Origin: Octopus sinensis
Lineage: Eukaryota
Assembly (NCBI RefSeq): GCF_006345805.1
Contig: NC_043018.1
Span: 558,001 to 622,000, forward strand
DNA: 64,000 nucleotides
Reading direction: 5' to 3'
The notes beneath the pieces were generated by a model. That model was not told the origin of the DNA and searched no databases. It saw nothing but the letters and a program-made list of their open reading frames with translations. Of this stretch, positions 13,832 through 27,663 are shown in pieces (the stretch's first letter is position 1; each line of letters begins with the position of its first letter). The position numbers and the translations under genes are program-made.

Positions 13832-14041
13832 AAGGCGGCGAGCAGGCAGAAACGTTAGCACACCGGGCGAAATGCGTAGCCGTATTTCGTCTACCGTTAC
13901 GTTCTGAGTTCAAATTCCGCCGAGGTCGACTTTGCCTTTCATCCTTTCGGGTTCGATAAATTAAGTACCAGTTACGCACTGGGATCGATGTAATCGACTT
14001 AATACCCATGTCTGTCCCCTATGTCTTGTCCCCTCTATGTT
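13832..14041 (+). mobile_element. SINE A running into an assembly gap
   Basis: Matches the 222-454 copy. Confidence 0.85.
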
Positions 14042-14141
14042 NNNNNNNNNNNNNNNNNNNNNNNNNNNNNNNNNNNNNNNNNNNNNNNNNNNNNNNNNNN
14101 NNNNNNNNNNNNNNNNNNNNNNNNNNNNNNNNNNNNNNNNN
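14042..14141. other. Assembly gap (100 N)
   Basis: Run of N. Confidence 1.
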
Positions 14142-14386
14142 GTGTTAATTTCTAATTGTCACCATCTCCATTCGCTTGTAGTATACATAGCTTCAGGTAG
14201 AATGTGAGAAATGCAAATACTATCCGTATTTCCGTCTGAAAGATTGTATTGCAAAAATTCAGGTGTAGGAATATAATCTGTCTGTCTGTCTGTTTCTCTC
14301 TCTCTCTCACACTCCCCAACTTTTTCTCTCCGTCTGTATATACATACACACGCAAACACATGTATATATGTATATATATATATATA

Positions 14387-14433
<47 letters not shown>

Positions 14434-14517
14434 TGTATATATGTGTATATAATATGTATTTATATTATATATATGTATATATATGTGTATATATGTAATA
14501 TATATATATGTGCATAT

Positions 14518-14560
<43 letters not shown>

Positions 14561-15117
14561 GTATGTATATATATATATATATTGCAAATAAGAAAATGGA
14601 GGAGAACAGTAGTTGTTTCATCAAACTTAGGGCATTAAAAATGTTAACTTTGGATTGATGATTATCAATCACAGGTGATAAGGAATCGTTGGAAAAAGCG
14701 GCTGTGTCAAGTGGTATTAAAAGGATTGTTGATTTAGGGTTTAGATAAAAAAAAAAAAAAGTAACAGAGTTGTTAATGGAATATTTGCTGGGACTGGGAG
14801 CTGAAGTTCAGATGAGAGATGAACAATGTTAACGAGATGTGGAAATTTGGGGGTTTAGATGAGAACTGGAAAAACTAATGCGAAATGTGCTAGGTAAGAT
14901 GTGCAGTGTTATGTATAACCTTTCGGGGAAGGAGACAGAAATTCAATGCTTACGTGATAAGGGGTATAAGATATTGTGTGACTCAGCAATGAATTTTTAT
15001 TTTTGTTTTTTTGGTATAAGAAAGTATATAGGAAATTTGGAGAAAATTTAAACACAAAGAAACAAAAAAGGAGAGAGAATAAAAAGGAAAAGAAATAGGA
15101 AAAATAAAAATAAAATA

Positions 15118-15410
15118 AGTGTGTGGGTGGTAAAACATCGAGTAGACGAAAGCCTGTAAGTGGGCTCTGTAGACGGAAACTGAAAGAACCCCGTAGAATA
15201 TATGTATGTGCGCTCATGTGTCTTTACACCACCGCTCGAAAACCGTTTTTACACTTTCGCGTAACTCATCGATTCGGCATAAAGACCGATTGAATAAGTA
15301 CAGTTCTGGAAGCAAAATAAGCACTGTGGTCAATTCGTTCACATTAAACTCTTCAAGGCAGTACATCACCATGGCTGCAGTCCAATGATTGGAGCAAGTA
15401 AAAGATAAAA
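15118..15410 (+). mobile_element. Degenerate, internally deleted SINE B
   Basis: GTAGACGGAAACTGAAAGAACCCCG...GACCGATTGAATAAGTAC...ATGGCTGCAGTCCAATGA. Confidence 0.65.
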
Positions 15411-15594
15411 GAATGAAAGAAAGAGTCTCAGAGAATGACTATGAGACAGAGATATAAGATATTCTATGAGACTTGTAATAACGAAATAAGCAATCAGACA
15501 TTTTTTAGATTCTTATTGTTTAGTATAAACTGTAATTGTGTGTGCATGTGTCCGATCCTAATTCTATACTGTATATGCGTACGTGTGTGTATGA

Positions 15595-15625
<31 letters not shown>

Positions 15626-15733
15626 AGTGTGCGCGTCTGTGTGCGTGCGAGAGTGCAGTGTTGTATGAATACAGTTCATATACCATTGACGTCAACAACA
15701 ATAAAGTTGCAAATATATACATATATTTTATAT

Positions 15734-15769
<36 letters not shown>

Positions 15770-16179
15770 GTGTATGTGTGCATGCGTGGGGGTGTGGGAG
15801 TGTCTGAAAGTGAAGTTTACCAACTTACAGAGATATATGCACCACAAGAATGTAGAGACGGAAGAAGACAGTGAAACAAACCTAAAAAGAAAGAGACACA
15901 GAAACGTTGAGAGACATAGACTCAAATGTCTAATTGAACGAAAATCATGAACAGATGTTAATTCATAATTGTAGCTATTTCTATTTACCTCTTCAATTGC
16001 TTGTGGTAAGATATGACAGCAGAACATCGTATAAATCTCTTTCCCGTCTGCATAATTCTGTCGTAATAACCTAACGTAAGCATACGCAAATACACACGCA
16101 GACATACAAATGTGTGCCACCAGGAAAACATAAAAGAATGTAGAAATTATGCATAATTTAAAACCACTATTCCTGTTAA

Positions 16180-16340
16180 GTAAGGATCTGGAGGTTTTAG
16201 CGAGCATCGTCCGAGAACTAGGATGGGGTAGATCTGCTTTTCCACAAGCGGATGTCGTCAGCGTAAAACTGTAGGACCACAAAAACATAAAGATGATTGG
16301 TATTGCTCTAAGGGAGTTCGAGGCGGTGGTGGGTAGTTGA
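16180..16340 (-). pseudogene. Possible short decayed LINE RT fragment
   Basis: Minus strand near 16251-16268 reads FYADDI(RLWK); flanks are degraded. Confidence 0.3.
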
Positions 16341-16484
16341 TGAGTAGTGACAGAAACAGAAAATTAGTAGATGTGTCGTATATTTGTATAATTCGTAATG
16401 ATATTCACTTCAAGTTCTCATTATGGATCTCATTTCTAAGATCTTCAGATCCTTAAGACGCATTTTAACGCCTATAGAGAATGT

Positions 16485-16928
16485 GGATATTTTCGGTTTG
16501 GACGGCAGTTTTTTAACATAATTTCCACGTAACTAAACACTTTTATACTTCGTATACGAGTAGAATGTGTTTATAAAACATCTTTTTCTCTTGGTTTTAT
16601 TGAGAAAATTCTATAGTTTGTAAGATATTTGTTGTTGATTTTTCTTCAATTTCAACCATTACTGACGTCTATTGAGGTAAAAAAAAAACATTCTGTGCCG
16701 TATGAATATGTCCCTCGTTTAAGAAACAGATTGGATTTATTTACATTTGTGAAGAAAAAAAGATACCCATCCCCCCACCCCTAGCCCTAAACCTAATCCT
16801 AAGTAACCCGAACTAACCCTAACCCTAAAACAGATTGAAATGCAATAGATCGATACTAGGGTCATAATTATGGGTGACAATTTCATATGACACCGCTAGA
16901 AAAACTCCCGTTCAAACCGAAAAGATCC
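16485..16928. mobile_element. MITE with ~29-bp TIRs, 8-bp TSD and internal telomere-like tract
   Basis: TIRs GGATATTTTCGGTTTGGACGGCAGTTTTT and AAAAACTCCCGTTCAAACCGAAAAGATCC. TSD GAGAATGT at 16477-16484 and 16929-16936. CCCTAA-like units at 16779-16828. Confidence 0.85.
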
Positions 16929-17164
16929 GAGAATGTACCAATTTTTACAAGAAGAGTTATTACCCTTGGGCACTATAAGCACCTCATGTGAGAAGCTAGA
17001 ACTCGAGATGTATGTAGTCCAACAACTCTCATGACATCCACTCTACTTTCACAAAATTGACATGAATTCAATTATCTATTTATTCCTATCATCCACGAAG
17101 GCATCCTGTTTATTTTCCTTAAGAGTTTTATTAAACTTTATAGAAGATTACATTATTTACATTA

Positions 17165-17290
17165 TTTATATTTAACGAATATTTGTCCTCATCTTGTTTG
17201 TTGTTAACACAACATTTCGGCTGATGTCACCTCCAGCCTTCATCAAGTGTCTTGGGGAAATTTCGAACCTGGGTTCCTAAGGTATTTTTT
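17165..17290 (-). mobile_element. Short (TAA)n-associated element with a degenerate minimal hammerhead motif
   Basis: Minus strand: ACAC-UUGAUGA-A-GGCUG..CAGCC-GAAAU-GUU-GUGU (17206-17251). Related pieces at 17820-17910, 33180-33235 and 38270-38340. Confidence 0.6.
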
Positions 17291-17314
17291 TTATTGTTGT
17301 TGTTGTTGTTGTTG

Positions 17315-17370
<56 letters not shown>

Positions 17371-17390
17371 GTTATTATTATTATTATTAT

Positions 17391-17705
17391 TCTATGTTTG
17401 ACTTTTGCTTTATGTCTGTACAAGTTGGCTCCAAGTCTCACCCAGAGACATCAAGAGACAACAGGTGGGAAGTTATAAAAAAAACAAAAAAATAAAAAAA
17501 GTAAAATAAAAAAAACAAAAAAAAATAAATAAAAATAAGAATAAAAAAAAGTTTGTTTTAAACCTTGGGATTACATAGAGAGTATTTTGCGTAGGATATG
17601 AGCAGTTCCCATGAGCACTATCTTTTGAATTTCTGCCATTTTGGGGTTTCCTGGTGTCTGAGTTAGGTAGCAATCAGTCCCTTTCGTTATCATTCCCAGG
17701 GCACC

Positions 17706-17706
<1 letters not shown>
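17391..17706 (-). pseudogene. 3' end of R4/Dong-like LINE within (TAA)n
   Basis: Homologous to 39345-39765. Frameshifted translation resembles GALGMI....CYL.QIPG.PKMAEIQK.VLMGTAHILRK (RLE C-terminus). Flanked by TTA runs, the known Dong target type. Confidence 0.7.
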
Positions 17707-17738
<32 letters not shown>

Positions 17739-17758
17739 CGATTCCAGGCTGTGACCTG

Positions 17759-17819
<61 letters not shown>

Positions 17820-19871
17820 CTAACAACAGCATCGAAAAATTGTGTTAACAACAAACAAGATGAGGACAAATATCCATCAAATGTAAATTATGTAAATAAT
17901 ATAAATAATGTACATACTTCCTCATCTCTTAAATATAGCACTGTATTATGGAAGAATCTCATCTAATTTTCTAATTTGCACTAACCTTACCAGAGTTAGG
18001 GTCTCCATACCACCTTTCTCTAAGTTTAACCAATACATTTGGCCAGCATTCGTTTCTAAAGAAGTATACTCCAACAGAAAATTCGAAATGAGAAGTATAT
18101 TCTTGGGACAGTTTAGAACGCTGAAAAGAAAATTTTCCCTCTTCGTTTATTTCATACTACGACAATCTATTTTGTAATGGGATATGTTTTCCAGTATCGT
18201 TATTCAGTAAATTCTACAGCTACTCTTGCGACAGGAATAATGCTGCTCTTTAAAACTAAAGCATCGCATGTAATGAAATAGCTCGTATATTTTCGTTCAG
18301 GCTCTCTTTCTATCTCCTTCCGTACACTTGTATGTATTTATGTATGCGTATGGTTATATAAGTACACATGCATATATGTGTATAAGCATGTATGTACATA
18401 TAAGTCTATATGAATATATATATATATACATATAGACACACACACACACACACTCACGTATATATATGTACGTATATATATATATAGAAGTGTGTGTCTA
18501 TGAACGTGTATGTGTGTATGTATAAATATATTTATATAGACATACACATATCTTTATCTGAGTGTACATCCACAGGCATATACGCAGACACACATGCACT
18601 CATATAACTGGATAGATAGACTGGCAGACAGACATAGTCAAATGCTTACGTACGTATGTAAGACTTTATACATCTTTATAACAACCATGTTATAACATTT
18701 TCTGTAACATACTCACTATTTTGTTCGGTCAGCTTCTTTAAAATGAAATAATTTAATACCGTTCCTGCTATTCAATATGATGCACTTCCTAGATGGCTTT
18801 CCTTGGTTTTCTGCCAACGTACTCCTAATATATATTTAGATATATTAGACGAAAACAAAGACCAAAACTAAAGTAGCAATAATAGTAAATAAAAATATAA
18901 ATGCTACAAAAGAAAAGTAAAAGAAAAAAGGGCCTGTAACAAATATACTGTCTATTGCACAACAAACTGTACAATTTCATTTTCGAACGATTTAAAATCT
19001 GTCTCGTCTAATTCTTTTGTCGATAAAGATTATGCAGCTTTATTTGGCATTCGGAAACATTATATTATCGAAAGAGGAAAGAAAGTAGTTCTTGGCTATA
19101 TAAGGCTGAAGAAGATAGAGAAAAAAAAAAGATGGAGAAGACGAAATAGAAAAAAAAAGAAAAAAGAGAAGAAAAAAAAGGAAGATTGAAAATGAAGAGG
19201 AAGACAGAATATTAGACATTAAACTGAGTTGCAATGAAATGAAACCGTAGCCTCCTATTACATCAAGACTGTTGCAGTTTGTTTTGTCGTACGCTGTCAG
19301 AAATGATTAGAAGAAATAATACATATGGAGGAGCGTATATAGCATTGCACGTATGTATGCATGGATCTCGGTAAATTTGTATGGAAGGATGTATATATGC
19401 AGAGAATTATCTACGATTGTATGCATGAATCTAGATATGTGCACATGTATCTATTTATACACTCATACATACATATATATATATATATAAGTATATATAT
19501 TTCTATATACACTATTATATATATAAGCATATGAAAATAAAATATATACTTATATGTTTATAAATGCATATACACACAGGCAGAGACATATATAATATAT
19601 ATATATATATATATATTATACATATATATATACATAAATATTTATATATATATATATGTACACGTGAATAACTTTATGTGCAGCACACACACACACACAT
19701 GACTCACATACACACACATGTATATGCATATATCTATGTAGACATACAGTTATGAATATGCATATATGTATATATATATATATACATATATATTATTATA
19801 TATATATATATATATATATTATATAAATATATATATACATATACAATTATATATATATATATATATATACT

Positions 19872-19917
<46 letters not shown>

Positions 19918-20210
19918 ATGTGTGTGTATGTATGCGTAATACACACACATATAACTACGTGCATACCTATTCTGCTCACTCGTATGCAGATAGGTCTCTC
20001 ACAGCAGAATATATTCGTGCCTTTCTAAAAAGGAATACATATGCAGTAAACACAAAAACACACAGACACATACACACACAAACACATACATATATCTATA
20101 TACAGTCATGAGTGTTTGTAATGGTTTATTGCCTGCATGCACCTTTGTAATCATCTTGAGATACTTGTGTATTTGTTTTTCTAATATACACCCGACTGTA
20201 CACGCACGCA

Positions 20211-20241
<31 letters not shown>

Positions 20242-20339
20242 ATGCATGTATGCATGATAACATATGTATGATAAATGTATATCTGTATATATATATATAT
20301 ATATAATATATATATATATTATATATTATAATATATGTA

Positions 20340-20371
<32 letters not shown>

Positions 20372-20400
20372 GATGCATATTGATATAATATATATATATG

Positions 20401-20444
<44 letters not shown>

Positions 20445-21093
20445 GCATATAATATATATATATATGTATATGCATATATATATATGTATATATATGCAAA
20501 TATATATATATATATATATACATATATATCATATAGTATTTTTGCACGCATTAATATGGGTAGGGGCATACATTCTGGTTATTTCAATATCTCTCAATGT
20601 CAACTATTTCTTTTTGGTCATTAATGTGAAAAGACTTAGAAAGTCATATTTCATACGTAAATATATCCTGACACACATGCACACGCACATACACACACAA
20701 ACACGACCACTCGCCCTAGACGTACAGAGGCACTTACACCCTCTCACAAACAGAGACACAGACGCAAACGCACACACACATACAGACACAGACATATGAA
20801 CGTGTACGTATAAATATATATTCATAATATTTATGCTTACATTTGTAAATGCGAGCTAAGAACTAAGCGTAAATGCTTACGCGCATCTATACGGATAAGG
20901 ACAAATGTATGTATACCTATAATTACATAAAACACACACTCACACACCCAAACGTATACACGCATATACATACATACATACATACATACTCCATATATAT
21001 ATATATATATATATAGATATAAATTTATATATATATATATATATAATATATATATACATATATATATATAAATATATCTAAGCATATATATAC

Positions 21094-21157
<64 letters not shown>

Positions 21158-21397
21158 ATATATATATATATATATATAATATATATATGAATATTCAAAT
21201 ATGTATCATACATCACCTCAGCTACGATATATTTGGATTTTGTATATTATACGAGATAATGGGATTCGTTTGCGATTATAATATATGGTTATATTGGTTT
21301 TTATTAAGATTATAGAAAATACAGAATCAAAAATTATACGGGAGAATGATTGCTACGAATTATTTCTTTCTAGATGTATTTAGACACATAGCGATAT

Positions 21398-21434
<37 letters not shown>

Positions 21435-22104
21435 TGTATGTAATACTATTGATGTGTATGTATATGAATATATCGGTATGTATAGGCATATATACATACG
21501 AATGTATATGGACACACACGTTCATACATCTATAGATAAACACATATGCAAGTGTGTGCTTCTATATATACTTAATACATGTATATATGTGTGTATTTGG
21601 ACAGATATGTAATAAATGCGGGTATTTATATTTGTGGTTTTGCCTCTGTATGTGTGCCTACGACCCCAGTGTTACTTTTCGAAAACATTACCTGAGAAGG
21701 GGTCCCACGTTTTGCATAACCCACAGCTTAGCGGTTCCATAAATAACGAATAATAGGGTAAGTGGCAGATTTCACGATAAGGTCGGAAATCGATATTATT
21801 GATTTCTATCTGTGCCCTTCAATGCCGCCCTCCATCTCCTGAAGCAACAGAAATGTTTATAATCACGTGTGTGTGTGTGTGTGTCTGTGTCGCTGTGAGT
21901 GTGTGTGTGCGTGTGTTTATGCTCACGCAGAACGACCACACACATGCGCACAAACAAACAATCAAAATGAACACAGGTCCGATAACAGACGGTCACCGAT
22001 TATTGAAGAAGTTGCAAGCCGGAAAGAAACTTTTAGAGAAAATAAATGAGTAAATGAGTGTTAAATAATAATGCCCTAAAAGAGACTTACTCTCTCCAGA
22101 CAGC

Positions 22105-22510
22105 ATAGCAATTTATGGCTGTGTGGTAAGTAGCTTGCTAACCAACCACATGGTTCCGGGTTCAATCCCACTTCGTGGCATCTTGGGCATCTTGGGCAAG
22201 TGTCTTCTGCTATAGCCCCGGACCGACCAATGCCTTGTGAGTGGATTTGGTAGACGGAAACTGAAAGAAGCCTGTCGTATATATGTATATATATGTATGT
22301 CTGTGTATGTGTTTGTGTGTCTGTGTTTGTCTCCCTAGCATTGCTTGACAACCGATGGTGGTGTGTTTACGTCCCCGCTATTAGCGGTTCGGCAAAAGAG
22401 ACCGATAGAATAAGTACTGGGCTTACAAAGAATAAGTCCTGGGGTCGATTTGTTCGACTAAAGGCGGTGCTCCAGCATGGCAGCAGTCAAATGACTGAAA
22501 CAAGTAAAAA
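22105..22510 (+). mobile_element. SINE family B, near full length
   Basis: Collinear with 9840-10210. Confidence 0.9.
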
Positions 22511-22778
22511 ACAAAAAAAAATATATATATATATATAAATATATATATATATACCAAATTCACTGACAAGGCTTTGGTCGGCTGAGGTTGTAGTAGTAGA
22601 CTCTTGACCAAGGTGCCAGGCATATGCGCGCGTGTGTGTTTGTGTATGTATGTGTGCGTGGGTGTGTCATTGCATGTGTGTGTACATACATTCAACGAAA
22701 TACCGTGAAAGCCACTCATTTACGTCTGTATTTATGAATGTATGTATGTATATATATTTATATATAAACATATATGTG

Positions 22779-22818
<40 letters not shown>

Positions 22819-23046
22819 TATATAAATAAATATATATATATATACGTTTAAATATTTGTTGTGCAAGATTTTTTATGTGGAGTCGTGTGTTGAAACAGAT
22901 ATTGTTATATTTCGGAATGGTCATATTGCCAGTTTAGCCAATAAATATATATAATATATATATATGCATATATATATTATATATATATATATGCATATAT
23001 ATATATATATATATATATATGCTCGTTAGAAGATATATAGAGTATG

Positions 23047-23120
<74 letters not shown>

Positions 23121-23630
23121 TGTGAGTGTGCGTGTGTGTGCATCTGTGTGTGTGCTTTTAAAGAGAAATTCAGTTAGGAAACATATTTATCCATGTGTGT
23201 GTGTGCATGTTTGTGGTTTTGTGCGTATTACCTTTCGTAGGTGATCACCTGTCTAATGCTTGCGTGCGTGCTTCAGACTCTATCAGTATTTTGTATACAC
23301 ATGCTTACATTACGTTGAACTACGCATACCTGTTAAGATGACTGGGCGTTCGCTTATGCATATACTTTTATATTTATGCGTCGCCATAACTCTCTATTTA
23401 CTCTCTGCACATGTATATTACCACAACATTTAATCATAAAATTTTTGTACCCAAATCTTCATCCAATGAAATCGTTTCGTCTTTACCTCGTACATTTTTA
23501 ATTTATTTATACGATAAAATGTTTTAGGAGTCGTCAGATACGACATTTTCTTCTATTTTCGTGCGCATTTCAATTAACGAAGTGGCATAAGATTTTATAT
23601 ATATATGTATATATATATATATATATATAT

Positions 23631-23670
<40 letters not shown>

Positions 23671-23700
23671 TATATATATTATATATAATATATTTATATC

Positions 23701-23985
23701 ATCACAATCAAGGAACGGCCATAATAGGCCATTCACCCACTAGAAATAACAGCCAAAGCTTCAACCGCAAAATAACATTAATTCCGTAAACCAGAGAAAA
23801 TTAAAAAACATTTACCCTGTAAATTCTTATACGATGCACCGTTTCATCTACTGTTTAATGGTAAACTAACCTGATTAAATTAAATTTTCTCCTGGTTTAC
23901 GGAATTAATGTTATTTTGCGGTTGAAGCTTTGGCTATTATTTCTAGTGGGTGAATGGCCTATTATGGCCGTTCCTTGATTGTGAT
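23701..23985. repeat. Hairpin with ~102-bp arms; diverged relative of the 471-bp array unit
   Basis: 23701-23802 is the reverse complement of 23883-23985 with about 2 differences. CACTAGAAATAACAGCCAAAG and AAAACATTTACCCT align with the array unit. Confidence 0.85.
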
Positions 23986-24194
23986 GTTGAACTTAAAAAT
24001 GGTCTATGACTATTTAATTTTTTCCACTAGGCCGCAAAAAAATTTTTTCCCACTAGGTGGCAAAAAAATTCTACAAAATTTTTTGCCACCCTATATTGAT
24101 TAATTATATATATATTTATATATATATATATTATATATTTATATATATTTTATATTATATATATGTTATATTATTTATATATATTTATATATTG

Positions 24195-24236
<42 letters not shown>

Positions 24237-24274
24237 AAATATATATATATTATATATATATATATACACCACAC

Positions 24275-24323
<49 letters not shown>

Positions 24324-24364
24324 TATATATATACAGGAGACCTTTATATATATTATATATAAAG

Positions 24365-24555
24365 TTAATCCAAACAAGAAAGCAAAAAAAACACACAACA
24401 ACGCGAGGACGTGGAACAAATATAATATTGTTGGACGCTCAGGGAAGAAGGAAAGAAGGAGGTTTTATCGTTTCGAGCGGAGCTCTTCGTCGGAAACAAG
24501 AGAAGGAAAGATCCAGAGAAGGGAAGACAGAGGAAAAAAATCTCCAACGGTACAC
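24365..24555 (-). mobile_element. PLE-type terminal fragment with minimal hammerhead motif (24462-24497)
   Basis: Minus strand GUUU-CCGACGA-A-GAGC-UCC-GCUC-GAAAC-GAUA-AAAC. Same family as 60240-60420. Confidence 0.65.
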
Positions 24556-25590
24556 ACCATATATGTGTGTATGTGTGTTTGTGTGTGTTGGTGTGTGTGT
24601 CTGTGTGTGTGTGTGTGTGTGTGTGCGTGTGTGTGTGTATGTATGTATGTATGTCTTCAGTGTGTAATACACTTAACACTGTTCCTGGCTGCTAGATTTA
24701 TTTTATACACAATCCTGAACGAATCACGTTATGCGTTGCATAATAGTGTTACATTATCTGATATTCGGAGATAGAGAAACATTCTGTTCAGGGTATATAA
24801 GGCAAAGAGCATTCTAAGGGACCGGTTTTGTTTGTAACATATCGACTTTGAAAAGCTTTATTAAAATCAAGTTTTATTTTCTTTCTTTAAATAAAGCAAT
24901 GAAATAGTTAGAAAAATACCTGTGAGACCGATATCTTCAGACACTATAGCTAAACGTTACAAATAGCTAAGTAGGAATGTCAAAATGAATAATTTGCGAG
25001 TTCAGAGAGTCGTTAGAACGTCGACATAATGCCTCGGAGTAATCCAGCTTTGGCAATTTGAGGTCAATACCCTATACGGTACGTATCCACAGTAGTGTAT
25101 ATGCGGAATTGTATGAATAGCGGACCAAATATTTCTTGCTACATTGTTTCCGATTCTTTGCATTCTAAGTCCAAAGACCACCATGAACTAATTACCGCAC
25201 AAATTAAAACAACCACCAGGAACATTGGAAGATTTTCTCGGAATTTTGTTTGTTACAAGTATTCAGAGCTGGTCCTTTCTTGAAAATGCATTCCTCTAGA
25301 CTTTTCATCTACAAATCGCAGAGTACTTGTGAAGCTCTCATAGACACACTTTCTCTTCAAACTAAACGAAAATAACATCGATTCATTCGCTGTACTTAGC
25401 GGTCTTCACACTACCAGGAGAATGGGAGTCATGTCTGCGGTCTGAATGAAATTTATTTTCCTCTCACCAACGTAGGAGGTGGACTAATGAAAATATACCT
25501 CATCAGTACTATTTTTCGTCATTGACTACGTCACAAACCCATACAAATACATCCACACAAATACGCAGACACATAAGTATATATACAGAA

Positions 25591-25635
<45 letters not shown>

Positions 25636-25654
25636 CATATACTTACATACATAC

Positions 25655-26620
25655 ACACACTCACAAAAGGGGTGGCGAATAAAATGCCGTCTAAAATACG
25701 CAAAAATGAAAATAACACTAATATCTCATTTTAACAGATATATTTACCAAAATTACATTAAAATATCTTGAAATACTAACGAGTGAATTTATTCAATAAA
25801 ATCGCAATCTCCTGCAAATCTTCTGGACAGTCTCCTTGATTAATTTGGTGAATGCTGCCACAATTCTTGCTTTCAGTTCATCCTTGGTGTTATAAGTTTT
25901 GTTGGGTTCTAGCTGAACTTCGTCCCTCATATAATAATAAAAGGGGGTTGCCATCTGGGGAGTTTGGTGACAAGACGTTAGGGGTGATGTGGTCGCAGAA
26001 ATTGTCTAACAGCCATGACTGGTTTCTCCTGTTTATGTGGCGTGGTACTGAGTCCTGTTGCCAGACATAGTGTCTTCCAGAAGCCACTTTCTTGACCCAG
26101 GGCAGCACTACTTTCTCGAGGCACTTGATGTAGGACTTCGTATTGAGTCTGAGGCCGTGTGGGAAGATGAAAGTAGGCCTAACGTCGCCATCATTAGTGA
26201 TCACCCCAAATATCATGTTTGATTTTTATCACGCTTGGTACATGTCCGCACAATGCGCTCTTCTCAGATTGACACCCAGATATTCAGAAATGTCCATATG
26301 GGAGCTTCCGGCGCGAATGCCAAGCAATAGAGTTTGTTGGTTCCAAATTTCTGACACGGTGAATTACGTTATGGTACCAGTCTTCTCAAAGATGGTGCCC
26401 AACAGAGTCTACTATACTGTGAGCATGCGCGAAATAAAAAATACGAAACAGTCACAGACTCTACTATACAATGAGCATGTGGGTATGATTTGCGTCTGCG
26501 CAGAGGTTTCAAAAGTTAGGATATACAAACCGTTAGATCTACATGTGCTTCTAACAGTCTGTGCGTCTAGGATTACGAAGGCTTCCCACTGAAGAACCTG
26601 GCCTGGCAAATATATTCCGT
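25655..26620 (-). pseudogene. DD37D (maT-like) Tc1/mariner transposon remnant
   Basis: ORF 25890-26216 contains YVWQQDSVPRH...NVLSPNSPDGNP. The expected third catalytic D position follows 37 residues after the QQD aspartate but is disrupted. Confidence 0.8.
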
Positions 26621-26902
26621 GTGTTTGCTAAAAATAGGTAGAAACCGTTCGGTCTGGGATATAGCTGAGATGGTAAATGTTTTTAATTTTCTTTCCTTTC
26701 ATGAATTTATCCCTTTTTGTGGTTCTAGCACTACACTTCCTTATTTGGAAGTCTTTTATTATATTTCTATACGAAAAATATATAGTCTAACGACTAACTC
26801 GTCTTTTGTACTAGGCCAATGGTAATAATAATTTATTTTATTACCCTATTTGATTATGTTTATATATATATTATATATATATAATATATAATATATATAT
26901 AT

Positions 26903-26966
<64 letters not shown>

Positions 26967-27099
26967 TGTATACACACACACACACACACACACACACCTA
27001 TTGAAAAGTGTCCTTAGGAAAACAAAACTCATTTAAATAAAATCGTTGGGAACCACTGGTGGAAATTATTGCGAAAAGTTGGCGGCCACTGGTGTAGAG

Positions 27100-27345
27100 C
27101 TGTAGTTCTCAAACCTTTTTTCTCCAAAGAACCTTTCCAATTTCTTCTAGGTGGTAGACCCCCTACAACCATTCCACGCTTTAAAAAATCCTGTTATGTT
27201 ATTAGAATTAAATATTTTTAGGAATTAAGTATTTTTTGGAATTGTTAAAATATTTCATTTATTGTAGAAGTATAACCCCTAATTTTTAACAGCAAAATCT
27301 TTTATGGGCCTCCAGGGGTCTTATGGGCCCCAGTTGAGGGCCCTT
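27100..27345. mobile_element. Probable hAT-type MITE
   Basis: Ends CTGTAGTTCTCAAACCTTTTT and GGGCCCCAGTTGAGGGCCC resemble CAGTGGTTCTCAAC-type termini. Confidence 0.45.
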
Positions 27346-27442
27346 AGTCGAGAGTTAAAACTCAAATGCATCAACACTTTGTAAGTCTATTTGTGCCTGG
27401 CTTATGGCTATCAGAATTGTTAACGACTTCTTCATATATTAA

Positions 27443-27663
27443 GGCGGCGAGCTGGCAGAAACGTTAGCACGCCGGGCGAAATGCTCTGCGGTATTTCGTC
27501 TGCAGTTACATTCTGAGTTCAAATTCCGCCGAGATCGGCTTTGCCTTTCATCCATTCGGGGTCGATAAATTAAGTACCAGTTACGCACTGAGGTCGATGT
27601 AAACCCTTTGTATGTCCTTGTCCGTCCCCTCTATGTTTAGCCCCTTGTGGGCAATAAAGAAAT
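27443..27663 (+). mobile_element. SINE A, full length
   Basis: Matches family A; ATATATTAA flanks both sides. Confidence 0.9.

Noticed and set aside
16779-16828. True telomere or chromosome-fusion scar
   Set aside because: Short, degenerate and internal to a TIR/TSD-bounded MITE.
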